Positions 1 through 8,869 of a DNA stretch of 58,589 bases are shown here, piece by piece. Made by a program: the position numbers and the translations under genes. The notes beneath the pieces are model-generated. The model was not told where the DNA came from. It saw only the letters and a program-made list of their open reading frames with translations, and ran no database searches. The stretch's first letter is position 1, and each line of letters starts with the position of its first letter. The DNA lies in contig JAXGNU010000009.1 of assembly GCA_040767805.1 (NCBI GenBank), positions 1-58,589 on the forward strand, read 5' to 3'. This DNA comes from Thermovirgaceae bacterium (GTDB lineage: Bacteria > Synergistota > Synergistia > Synergistales > Thermovirgaceae).

Positions 1-1540
1 CAAGGTCGCCGCCGAGCTTGTCATAGCCAAGCTCGAAGGCCACATTGGGCGTGTAACAGTAGGTCATGGCAACGGTCCAGTTGTTGTAATCCACAACGCC
101 ATCGACATCGAGGTAGCGCACGTAGGTGCCCCACTTCTCGTTCCACCTCTGCATCGCGAGGACCATCCAGAGGGTGGTGTCGACCGGGACCTGCCCAAAA
201 GCGTTGTAGAACCTGTCGCCGGCCATCCAGCCGTAAGGCGCACTCCCGCTGGGGAAGACAAACCCCGCGTCGATCTTGGCGTACTCGATCCAGAGGCTGG
301 TGAAGCCGAGCACGTCCTGATCGATATCGAGAATAGCCTTCCACGCGTTGGGAGAATCGCCACCAACGACCGCCCAGAGAGGATCGTTATCCTGCATGAA
401 GTACTGCCCCTTCAGGGTTATGCCGGGCCTGAAGTTGACGATCAGGTCTCCCCAGAAAGTAGCGGTATCCGCAGCGAGGGTCCAGAACGGGCCAGGGAAA
501 CCTGTCCCCCAAATAAAGGAACCGGGCCAAGTAAGCGGAAGCTTCGTCCAAGGTCTGATGAAGTAAGCAACTGTAGCGTCACCCTGGTAGTCGTACTTCA
601 TGTAGTTGAGGGCCAGGCTGAACATCTCGCTGAAGTTGAAGTTGAGCCTCGCGCCGAAGATGTAACGTTCGCTTGCCATATTGCTGTCAAAGGACCAGTC
701 GAAACCGCTGGCCCAACTCCAGTAGTTATTGGGGTTCCCAAAGAACGTTACCCTGCCGGAGCCGAGGTTCTCACTCCAACCTGCGCTGTTGTCATGTCCT
801 ACGTAGAGGCTGAAATCCCCCATTCCAAAGGACATGTCGAACTTGACGGCCTGGGTGGCTCTGAAGTCGGTGATCCAGGCGTCGTTCATGGCGTAGTACC
901 ACCAGTCGCCGGCGTAGAAGTCGCCCTCCCAGTCGTGCCAAAAGCGCCCGACCGTCGTGGTGAGGCCATCAAAAAGGAAGTCGTTGATGGTGAAGTAGGC
1001 GAGGTTGATGTTCAGATCGCCCCCACCTGCAGCCTGGAGACGGATGTTCATCGTGATCTTGTCGTTGATGACCTTCTTGAGGTTCCAGCGGAACTGGTCG
1101 ACATTCCAATCGTCCGGACCATCGGTAAATTTCATCTGCGTGATGAGGCGGCCGCTGAAGTACCACTTGCCGACGCCCTTCTCCAGGTCAGCCACCCTGG
1201 CGTCGAGCTCGTCGACTTTCACGCCAAGGGCATCCAGCTCATCCTTGAACTCCACGACGAGTTTCTTGAGGAGCTCCAGGTCCTGCTTAGAGGCCTTGTT
1301 CATGTCGACGTAGGCAAGGGCTCTCGCCACGACGGAGGCCATCTCGTAACGGGTGGCCTTCCACTCGCCCTTGAAGGCGCCATCGGGATAACCCGACACC
1401 ACGCCCCTGGAGGCGAGCTGGGACACCGCGTCATAGGCCCAGTGGTTCATGGGGACATCCATGAACGGGTTGGCCGCGAATGCCGGGGCGGCAAACGCGA
1501 CGAGCGCTAGTACTGCTACTAGTGCCGCGAATCTTTTCAT
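1..1540 (-). CDS. S-layer homology (SLH) domain outer-membrane protein, OmpM-like (SLH + coiled coil + beta-barrel); 3' end runs off the window
   Basis: Manual translation from ATG at 1540: MKRFAALVAVLALVAFAAPAFA|ANPFMDVPMNHWAYDAVSQLASRGVVSGYPDGAFKGEWKATRYEMASVVARAL (signal peptide + SLH motif), then heptad-rich LELLKKLVVEFKDELDALGVKVDELDARVADLEK, then aromatic-rich beta-strand region; frame open to window edge; RBS AAGGGGG just upstream. Confidence 0.92.
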   Translation of the reverse strand, partial: MKRFAALVAVLALVAFAAPAFAANPFMDVPMNHWAYDAVSQLASRGVVSGYPDGAFKGEWKATRYEMASVVARALAYVDMNKASKQDLELLKKLVVEFKDELDALGVKVDELDARVADLEKGVGKWYFSGRLITQMKFTDGPDDWNVDQFRWNLKKVINDKITMNIRLQAAGGGDLNINLAYFTINDFLFDGLTTTVGRFWHDWEGDFYAGDWWYYAMNDAWITDFRATQAVKFDMSFGMGDFSLYVGHDNSAGWSENLGSGRVTFFGNPNNYWSWASGFDWSFDSNMASERYIFGARLNFNFSEMFSLALNYMKYDYQGDATVAYFIRPWTKLPLTWPGSFIWGTGFPGPFWTLAADTATFWGDLIVNFRPGITLKGQYFMQDNDPLWAVVGGDSPNAWKAILDIDQDVLGFTSLWIEYAKIDAGFVFPSGSAPYGWMAGDRFYNAFGQVPVDTTLWMVLAMQRWNEKWGTYVRYLDVDGVVDYNNWTVAMTYCYTPNVAFELGYDKLGGDL

Positions 1541-1892
1541 TCTTTTTAACCCCCTTGGGTTATGTATTCCGGCCCTCCGGGGTGCGCGCACGAAAGGGTG
1601 AGAAGTATCCAAGTTTCCTTCCGCCTCTCGTGCGGACCCTTTCCCGATAGGGTCCGGCTTCTACTATCCGCTCTCCCATTTTGGCCTCGGGGGTTGCACC
1701 TCCTTTCCTGCCGTCAGGGGTCACCGCGGAATTTGAAGCGTGTCCAAAGTTCGGTTTTAAAGGTGCTCTCGGTATACCCGGTGAAATATTACCCGTAAAA
1801 CTACCTACGGAAAATAGGACTTAAGTCCCATTTAGCCACATCTTGGCGGCTGGGACCTATCATTTTCGGGCTCGGGACAACTTCACAGGAAT

Positions 1893-1921
1893 AAACTATC
1901 ACCGCTATTTCAAAGTGTCAA
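1893..1921 (-). promoter_or_regulatory. sigma70-type promoter for the SLH gene (TTGACA-17 bp-TAGTTT, extended -10 TG)
   Basis: Minus strand reads TTGACA CTTTGAAATAGCGGTGA TAGTTT; perfect -35 and 17-bp spacer. Confidence 0.6.
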
Positions 1922-2153
1922 GGTGAGAGCGAGGGGTTGTGACCGGAAAGCGACAAGGTCCCCTTCCTTTCGGAAGCGGGTAATGTCACCCCTTAAGGGG
2001 ACTCGGTTTTTTCCATTAAAGCCCCGACAAGGATTCCTGGGCGGCAGAATCATACCTAACCAGGTATTCGTAAATAATAGAATCCACGTCACCATCCTGG
2101 TCCGGCGTCAGTTGCCAAGCGATGACCTACTTTTAAAAACCTTCCTAAATTAT

Positions 2154-2849
2154 TCAATGTCCATCGCTCACAAACCTATGATAAACGTCAATGCTGTTTT
2201 GAATTGAAAAGCCTAGAGAGAAATACAGGTTGATCACGCTAAGATTCGACGCTGAAACAGAACTTTTTAAAACATCGAAACCTGATCCATACAGCATCCT
2301 GCAGCCCTTGGTCCAGAAAAATTTCGCCAGGCCTCTGCCTCGATATTTCATAGCCAGGGCGTGGAGGACGATCTTGCCCCTCTCATCACAACTCCAAAAC
2401 CCTGCTGGTTCGCTGTCACCACCATAATAAAAAGCCCAGAGACGTTCTTGTTCATGAAGATCGATCAGCCAGTATTTATACCTCATATCAGCACAATATT
2501 CCGTCAGGTTCCTGTCCTTGTGGAAACGGTCGTGTGTGAAAGTGCCATCAACGATACGTAGTATTTTTTCAAGATCGTACTCTTTGGATACCGAAGCCCG
2601 GTCGTCATCGTATCCTTTGAAACGGTCTTTGTTACAGGCGGGCTCCAACAGGGTATCGCAATAGTAAAAACCCAGGCTCTCAAAACTGCCTTTCCCGGTT
2701 TCAGAGGGGACCTTTAAAGTGAAGAAACCCGGGGTTTTTGAAAGCCATTCCAACACCGCGGCAGTCCATGCGGTGATCTCGAAGGCGGCTTTTCCCAATA
2801 CCCTGGAGTCCCAGGGAGCTTCCCTCACGCCTTCCGGCAGTTCGCTCAT
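2154..2849 (-). CDS. GNAT acetyltransferase, dTDP-fucosamine acetyltransferase (WecD/RffC)-like
   Basis: 231 aa; N-term APWDSRVLG, C-term acetyl-CoA motif KYRGRGLAK and NLSVINLYFSLGF; directly downstream of wecE. Confidence 0.75.
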   Translation of the reverse strand: MSELPEGVREAPWDSRVLGKAAFEITAWTAAVLEWLSKTPGFFTLKVPSETGKGSFESLGFYYCDTLLEPACNKDRFKGYDDDRASVSKEYDLEKILRIVDGTFTHDRFHKDRNLTEYCADMRYKYWLIDLHEQERLWAFYYGGDSEPAGFWSCDERGKIVLHALAMKYRGRGLAKFFWTKGCRMLYGSGFDVLKSSVSASNLSVINLYFSLGFSIQNSIDVYHRFVSDGH

Positions 2850-2856
2850 CGACGTA

Positions 2857-3972
2857 TCAGCTCCCTTTGAAAAAGTCCCTTAAGGATCTCACTACCTCGT
2901 CACAATCAACGCCTATGAAAAGAGGAAGGCGGAGAAGCCTGCCCGATATGCTGTCGGTCTCTTTCAATGTCTCATTCGACCCGGAAAAAGGTGCGGAATG
3001 GAGCGGGATGTAATGGAAAACTGCCATGATGTCCCTCTTTTTCAGGAAAGAGATCAATTCATCCCTCGTCGCGGCATCCTTCAAAAGAATGAAGTAAATG
3101 TGCGCGTTCCCTGGGTTTTGATCCTCCAAAACAGGCCGTTTGAGCAACCCCTCCTTTTCCAGGGAGGACAGTTCTTCATGGTATTTCCTCCAAATCTCTT
3201 TCCTCATGGAGGTGATCCCCTGGGCCCCCTCAAGCTGGGCCCAGAGGAAGGCGGACGTCATCTCATTGACCAGGAAGGAGGAGCCTACATCCGTCCAGGT
3301 GTACCGGTCGACCTCGCCGCGGAAAAACTTGTTTCTATTGGTCCCTTTTTCCATAATGATCTCAGCGCGTTCCACTAGATTTTGATCGTTGATCAGGAGA
3401 GCGCCACCCTCGCCGCAGTGAATGTTCTTGGTCTCGTGAAAGCTGAGGGCACCCATCTGTCCCAGGCTCCCAAGGTGGCGCCCCTTGTAGTAGGAAAGGA
3501 TGCATTGGGCGGCATCCTCCAGGACCAGAAGGCCGTGCTTTTCCGCTATTGATAAAATGACGTCCATCCTACAACCCACCCCGGCATAATGGACCGGCAG
3601 GATAGCTTTTGTCCTCGAAGTGATGGCCTTTTCTATGAGTTTTTCGTCGAGGTTCAAGGTATCCGGCCTTATATCCAGGAAGACCGGTTTCGCCCCTCTC
3701 AATACAACTGAATTTGCTGTAGAGGTGAAGGTAAAGGAGGGCATCAACACTTCGTCACCGGGGCCAATAGCGGCCAAGAGCATCATCATTTCAAGCGCGG
3801 AAGACCCGGACGGGGTCAGTATCGCCTTTTGACAGCCGGTGGTCTTTTCAAGCCATTGGGTACAAAGCCTGGAATACTTCCCATTCCCGGCAAAGGAGCG
3901 GTTTTCCAGGACCTGTTGGATGTAAAAGGACTCTTTTCCAGTCAAATATGGCCTGTTAAAGGGTATTCCCAT
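2857..3972 (-). CDS. wecE: dTDP-4-amino-4,6-dideoxygalactose transaminase (DegT/DnrJ family)
   Basis: IPFNRPY start, LTPSGSSALEM, EDAAQ, SFHETKNIHCGEGG, EKGTNRNKFFRGEVDRYTW, VFHYIPLH are WecE/RffA signatures. Confidence 0.9.
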   Translation of the reverse strand: MGIPFNRPYLTGKESFYIQQVLENRSFAGNGKYSRLCTQWLEKTTGCQKAILTPSGSSALEMMMLLAAIGPGDEVLMPSFTFTSTANSVVLRGAKPVFLDIRPDTLNLDEKLIEKAITSRTKAILPVHYAGVGCRMDVILSIAEKHGLLVLEDAAQCILSYYKGRHLGSLGQMGALSFHETKNIHCGEGGALLINDQNLVERAEIIMEKGTNRNKFFRGEVDRYTWTDVGSSFLVNEMTSAFLWAQLEGAQGITSMRKEIWRKYHEELSSLEKEGLLKRPVLEDQNPGNAHIYFILLKDAATRDELISFLKKRDIMAVFHYIPLHSAPFSGSNETLKETDSISGRLLRLPLFIGVDCDEVVRSLRDFFKGS

Positions 3973-4018
3973 CGATCGATCCCTCCAAAAATATTCGCGG
4001 TGACAAACCCCTTGTCGG

Positions 4019-4891
4019 TTATCTGCCCCTTACAATAGACAAAAGGTATTGTCCATAGGTATTCCTCATTCCCTTCGACATTTCGATGATATCCTTATCG
4101 CTTATGTATCCCTTCCTCCAGGCTATCTCCTCGGGGCAGGCTATCATGAAGCCCTGCCGGTTCTGGATGGTAGAGACGAACTTGGAGGCGTCCAGAAGGC
4201 TGTCGTGGGTCCCCGTATCCAGCCAGGCGTAACCTCGCCCAAAAATCATGGCCTTCAAAAGGCCGTCCTCCAGGTAGTGGCGGTTGAGGTCGGTGATCTC
4301 CAGTTCCCCCCTCTTGGAGGGCTTGAGCTCCCTGGCCCTTTCCACCACGGTGCCGTCGTAGAAGTAAAGGCCCACGACGGCGTAGTTGGACCTTGGCTTG
4401 TCAGGCTTCTCCTCCAGGGAGAGGACCCGACCTTGGTCGTCGAATTCCACCACGCCGTAGCGCTGGGGGTCGGTGACGGGATAGCCGAATATGGTGGCCC
4501 CCCGTTCGGTCCTTACGGCCTCCTCGAGAAGGCCCGTCAGCCCCTGGCCGTAAAAGAGGTTGTCCCCTAGTATGAGGGCGCAGGGGTCGCAAGCGATGAA
4601 CTCCTCCCCTATCAGGAAGGCCTGGGCGAGCCCGCCTGGCTCGGGCTGGACTGAGTAGGTGAAGTCCAGCCCCCACCGGCTGCCGTCGCCGAGGAGGCGG
4701 ACGAAGTTGGGCCGGTCTTCAGGGGTGGTGATGATGAGGATCTCCCTTATGCCGGCCAGCATCAACACCGACAGGGGGTAGTAGATCATGGGCTTGTCGT
4801 AGACGGGGAGCAGCTGTTTGCTGGCACCCAGCGTCACCGGGTAGAGCCTGGACCCGGAACCACCAGCGAGGATGATCCCCTTCCTGATCAT
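4019..4891 (-). CDS. rmlA: glucose-1-phosphate thymidylyltransferase
   Basis: [17 protein letters not shown]...[28 protein letters not shown]; start reassigned to ATG 4891 (ATGA overlap with rmlB stop). Confidence 0.96.
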   Translation of the reverse strand: MIRKGIILAGGSGSRLYPVTLGASKQLLPVYDKPMIYYPLSVLMLAGIREILIITTPEDRPNFVRLLGDGSRWGLDFTYSVQPEPGGLAQAFLIGEEFIACDPCALILGDNLFYGQGLTGLLEEAVRTERGATIFGYPVTDPQRYGVVEFDDQGRVLSLEEKPDKPRSNYAVVGLYFYDGTVVERARELKPSKRGELEITDLNRHYLEDGLLKAMIFGRGYAWLDTGTHDSLLDASKFVSTIQNRQGFMIACPEEIAWRKGYISDKDIIEMSKGMRNTYGQYLLSIVRGR

Positions 4892-5985
4892 TTCGACCCA
4901 CCCCTTTTGCGGGAGCCGAGGCGCTCCATCCTGTACTTCCCCGAAAGGACGTCCTCGACCCATGCCTGGTTTTCCAGGTACCACCGGACGGTGCTCCTGA
5001 TTCCCGACTCAAAGGTGTTCCTGGGTTTCCAACCCAGTTCCCTTTCGATCCTGGAGGCGTCTATGGCGTACCTCCTGTCATGGCCAGGCCTGTCCGGAAC
5101 GAAGGTGATCTGCTCTTCGTAGCTTGCACCGTCTTCCCTTGGCTGGAGTCCGTCTAGGATCCGGCAGAGGGTGCGGACTACTTCGATATTGGTCTTTTCC
5201 GATCCGCCGCCGATGTTGTAGGTCTCACCGGGAGTTCCCTTCTCCAGGACGAGTTCCAGGGCTTCGCAGTGGTCCTCCACGTAGAGCCAGTCCCTTATGT
5301 TCATCCCGTCGCCGTAGATGGGGAGGTCCTTGCCCCTCACGGCGCTGTTAATCACGAGGGGAATGAGTTTCTCGGGGAACTGGAAGGGCCCGTAGTTGTT
5401 GGAGCAGTTGGTCACGATGACGGGAAGGCCGTAGGTGTGATGGAAGGCCCTCGCGAGATGGTCCGACGAGGCCTTGGAGGCCGAGTAGGGCGACCTCGGG
5501 TCGTAGGGCGTGGTCTCGGTGAAGTACCCCTCGGGCCCTAGGGAACCGAAAACTTCGTCGGTGGAGACGTGGAGGAACCGGAAACGATGCCGGCCTTCCG
5601 CGTCCAGGGCCATGAAGTGTTCCAGGGCGGCTGAAAGAAGACGGTAGGTACCCACGATGTTGGTCTGGATGAACTCATCCGGCGAGTCGATGGAGCGGTC
5701 CACGTGGCTTTCGGCAGCCAGGTGGAAAACGGCGCTGGGCCGGTGTTTTTCGAAAAGGTCCCTCACCAGCTCCGCGTCGCCTATGTCACCCTTGACGAAG
5801 GTGTAGCCGGGGTCGTCTTCCAGGTCGGCGAGGGAAAACCTGTTGCCGGCATAGGTCAGTTTGTCGAGGTTGACCACGCGGTACCCGCTCCGCAGGCAAC
5901 ACCTGACAAGGTTGGAACCGATGAAACCGCAGCCGCCGGTGATCAATAATCTTTTCTCAGAAAGAGAAACGCCGTGGGATATCAT
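4888..5985 (-). CDS. rmlB: dTDP-glucose 4,6-dehydratase
   Basis: [50 protein letters not shown]; start uncertain (5985 ATG or 6009 TTG). Confidence 0.96.
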   Translation of the reverse strand: MISHGVSLSEKRLLITGGCGFIGSNLVRCCLRSGYRVVNLDKLTYAGNRFSLADLEDDPGYTFVKGDIGDAELVRDLFEKHRPSAVFHLAAESHVDRSIDSPDEFIQTNIVGTYRLLSAALEHFMALDAEGRHRFRFLHVSTDEVFGSLGPEGYFTETTPYDPRSPYSASKASSDHLARAFHHTYGLPVIVTNCSNNYGPFQFPEKLIPLVINSAVRGKDLPIYGDGMNIRDWLYVEDHCEALELVLEKGTPGETYNIGGGSEKTNIEVVRTLCRILDGLQPREDGASYEEQITFVPDRPGHDRRYAIDASRIERELGWKPRNTFESGIRSTVRWYLENQAWVEDVLSGKYRMERLGSRKRGGSK

Positions 5986-6418
5986 CTTCTGAGAAACAAC
6001 CCCTTGCAAAATGGTTTTTATTCATCCGTCCAGTCCTCCAACCGACAAAAGGTTTGCCGAAGTAGAACCAGGACCATACTGCCATCGGTTACAACGTGAT
6101 CTTAAACGTCATCCAGAGGGAGGGCTTTGCCCTGAAAACTTTTTTGATCCCTTATCCTTCATGGATTCCTTATCTCCATCCATGCTCACTTTAACAGAAC
6201 CTTGACAGCTATCCATTGCTTCGCACAATGTTGGTACATTTGCATGGGAACCCCACGGCCTGAAGACCTCTTCCTGGCTCAGGTGTCCACAGCGGACGTT
6301 CCCTTTCTTGACTTCCGCCAGGTTCTGACAAGAGGGGTACTTGGCCTCAACGACTACTTATGTCACAGACTATGTCACCTTTTTTCATAAGATCATCTCA
6401 TGGAAAATCGCAGTCTTC

Positions 6419-6556
6419 TTAATTGCCTTCCGGCTCCTTTTCAGGTGAACCGTTGTCAACTACAAGCATCGGCTACCTGGGATACCAGGAATAAAGGGAT
6501 CGCAGAAGGGGCAGGGTTTCTTCCATTGTCATGCCGTGAAGTACTGCAAGTGCCTT
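6419..6556 (-). pseudogene. 5' remnant of a family-2 glycosyltransferase
   Basis: Manual translation KALAVLHGMTMEETLPLLRSLYSWYPR*PMLVVDNGSPEKEPEGN*, resembling a GT2 N-terminus (VVDNGS), with internal stop and truncation; lies right after the ligase gene. Confidence 0.5.
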
Positions 6557-6564
6557 TTAATTTT

Positions 6565-7821
6565 TTAGAGTAAGACCTCTCTCCCAGGTTTTTTTACGCT
6601 TTCATGTTGAGAAAGGATCGCACCAAAAATAGTCCAGAAGTAAATGGCCAGAATACGTCGTTCATCAAATATGGTTGCAACCAGGGCAAAAACCATTATC
6701 CCGGCAAAGGCCGACCCTAGAAGTGCTGACTTCAGGCGCTCCTTCCTTCTGGTAAGGGAGTGAAGGATTGAAAAACACCCCCACAGGAAAAGGAGATAGG
6801 CGCCGAGAGAGGGAATTCCACCCTCTACCAGTAAGGTCAGGTACTCGTTATGGATTGAAGAAAAACAGCGCTCTTGAACGAGTTGTTTTTCGCCGATGTA
6901 ATATTTTACAGTTTTTTCGAACTGGTCCCACCCGATGCCCGCAGGGTGTCGTCTCGCGCAAAAAAAAGCAGCCTCCCATATCTGGCTCCGCTTGGAAGTC
7001 AATACATCAGGATCATCCAGGGCCGTAAGTTGCGCTATTTCTCCTTGGATTCTTTCCTTTACCGACGGCCAATGTCCGGATAGCAAAAGGACGACGGACA
7101 AGCAAGCTGCCGCAAGGACCAGGGTAGTAAAAAACAACGCGAGTTTTTTCCTTGAAGGCCGGAAAAGCGCAAGAAGCACAATAATGGCGACCATGTTCGA
7201 TACCAGGGCCCCGCTCGAAAGGCCAATAAAGAACAGCACTATCAAAAAAAAAGGGGCTACGAGATGCAGGACATTTCCTCGCCAGTATCCTTCTTCATCA
7301 AACGCTGAAAGCATCGTTAAAGAAAAAAGAGGTATTGTGATCATCGCCGAGAAAGTATGGACTGAAAAAAGGCCATTCATATTTCCCTTAATAATTAGGG
7401 ACCATAGAGTCAATCCGCCCATGACGCAAACGAGGAGCGCCATGAAATACCGCCACCTCTCGAAAGCCCTTGAAGACCTAAGTACAAAGGCGGCAAGGAG
7501 GACCCAGAAAGCAAATTCGATAACGAGCGACCAGCCTTTACCCCAGGAAAAGAAAGAGTCGGCCTTGAAGGCCGTGATCATTGCGCCCCAGATCAACAGG
7601 AAAGATAAGGAAATCTTTACGAAAAGAGGCAATGACTTAAAAAAAGATGCCAATTCGGATTTCCTGGACACTGAACCCATTAGGGCGATCAAAAAACCGA
7701 GATACCTGGGGATCGGTCCAATAACCCCGAATAGCAAAGCAAATAGAAACCCAGCTTCGACTAGGCTTTCGGGGAACAAGAATTGAAAACGCCTCGAAAG
7801 ATCGTTGAAGATTTTTTTCAT
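6565..7821 (-). CDS. O-antigen ligase family (WaaL/Wzy_C) polytopic membrane protein
   Basis: 418 aa with many TM segments; periplasmic TSKRSQIWEAA...GIGWDQF...SIHNEYLTLLVEGGI motif (R...H-N pattern of O-antigen ligases). Confidence 0.85.
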   Translation of the reverse strand: MKKIFNDLSRRFQFLFPESLVEAGFLFALLFGVIGPIPRYLGFLIALMGSVSRKSELASFFKSLPLFVKISLSFLLIWGAMITAFKADSFFSWGKGWSLVIEFAFWVLLAAFVLRSSRAFERWRYFMALLVCVMGGLTLWSLIIKGNMNGLFSVHTFSAMITIPLFSLTMLSAFDEEGYWRGNVLHLVAPFFLIVLFFIGLSSGALVSNMVAIIVLLALFRPSRKKLALFFTTLVLAAACLSVVLLLSGHWPSVKERIQGEIAQLTALDDPDVLTSKRSQIWEAAFFCARRHPAGIGWDQFEKTVKYYIGEKQLVQERCFSSIHNEYLTLLVEGGIPSLGAYLLFLWGCFSILHSLTRRKERLKSALLGSAFAGIMVFALVATIFDERRILAIYFWTIFGAILSQHESVKKPGREVLL

Positions 7822-7852
7822 TTTTAGTCAACTCCCCGGTGGAAAAGAATGA

Positions 7853-8869
7853 TCATCTCTGGCGGGTGACGTCCTCATAAAAAGACAATACTCCTGCCGC
7901 CATGTCTGGGATCGAAGGGACAACCCCGGGGTCAAACCGTGGAGGGCCTATTCTCCCTGAAAGGATATCCTCGATCCCCTGTCGCCATTTTCCCACGTCC
8001 CCCGGTGTCACCAAAGGAGCGCTTTCGCCTACCAGTTCCCTTACAGGCCCTATATCCGAGGCAAGGACCGGGATCCCAACCCTGATCGCCTGCATTAGGA
8101 CCAAACCCATCCCCTCATCGAGGGAAGGAAAAAGCAGTAGTTCGCTTTCGGCCATCCACTCCTCAGGGTTATCTTGAAAGCCATGAAAAAAAACCCTACC
8201 CTCAAGCCCCAAGGAAGCGGCCAAGGCTTCCAAGTCTTCTCTCTTGGGACCGTCCCCAACAATATCAAGGCGCCATTCTTGTTCCCTGATCCCCGAAAGC
8301 GCTTGGATCACCACTTGCAACCCTTTTCTGTCGGTGAGGCGCCCGAGGAAAAGGAGTTTTGTGACCCTGGTTTCCCTTTTTGAACACTTTCGGCCAGAAA
8401 AAGGAATGCCGTTTATAATGACTACTGTTTTCGCAGGTAGTGAACCGGAGAGATGGGATCTTACCGCCTCGCTGCCACATATTGAACCATGAGCTCTTTT
8501 AAATGGCCTTATTGCCCAGTCTTTCCTGTAACGGTCGTGAGCCGTAAAAACCCAGGGTATATCCGACATCGAGGACGCCCACCAGGCGATCCATACCGGT
8601 ACCCTCGAGTGGGCATGAAGGATATCCCATCCTTCTCCTTTCGCCCTGGCGGCGATCTTCAAGGCCGAATAAAACCCCATGAGGGGGTCCTTCCGGTGGA
8701 CAGGCAGCCTCCAGAACTTGACCGACGGGTCAAGCTTATCCTCCAATTTGCCGCCGGCGGTGATGACCGTCACCTGATGGCCCATCGCGGCCAGCTCATT
8801 GGAAAGCCAAAGGACGTGCCGTTCCACGCCGCCCTCGTGGAACTCGGGCAAGATCTGGGCTATCTTCAA
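7853..8869 (-). CDS. family 4 glycosyltransferase
   Basis: KIAQILPEFHEGGVERH, HAHSR, GRLTDRKG, PSLDEGMGLVLMQA; probable TTG start at 8869 overlapping upstream stop (TTGA). Confidence 0.9.
   Translation of the reverse strand: MKIAQILPEFHEGGVERHVLWLSNELAAMGHQVTVITAGGKLEDKLDPSVKFWRLPVHRKDPLMGFYSALKIAARAKGEGWDILHAHSRVPVWIAWWASSMSDIPWVFTAHDRYRKDWAIRPFKRAHGSICGSEAVRSHLSGSLPAKTVVIINGIPFSGRKCSKRETRVTKLLFLGRLTDRKGLQVVIQALSGIREQEWRLDIVGDGPKREDLEALAASLGLEGRVFFHGFQDNPEEWMAESELLLFPSLDEGMGLVLMQAIRVGIPVLASDIGPVRELVGESAPLVTPGDVGKWRQGIEDILSGRIGPPRFDPGVVPSIPDMAAGVLSFYEDVTRQR

Noticed and set aside
794..1510. 238-aa plus-strand ORF
   Set aside because: Antisense shadow of the SLH gene, which the ORF track misses because it lacks a stop in the window.
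1541..1890. c-di-AMP, c-di-GMP or T-box riboswitch in the SLH leader
   Set aside because: Could not find their conserved motifs by eye; kept only as an unassigned structured leader.
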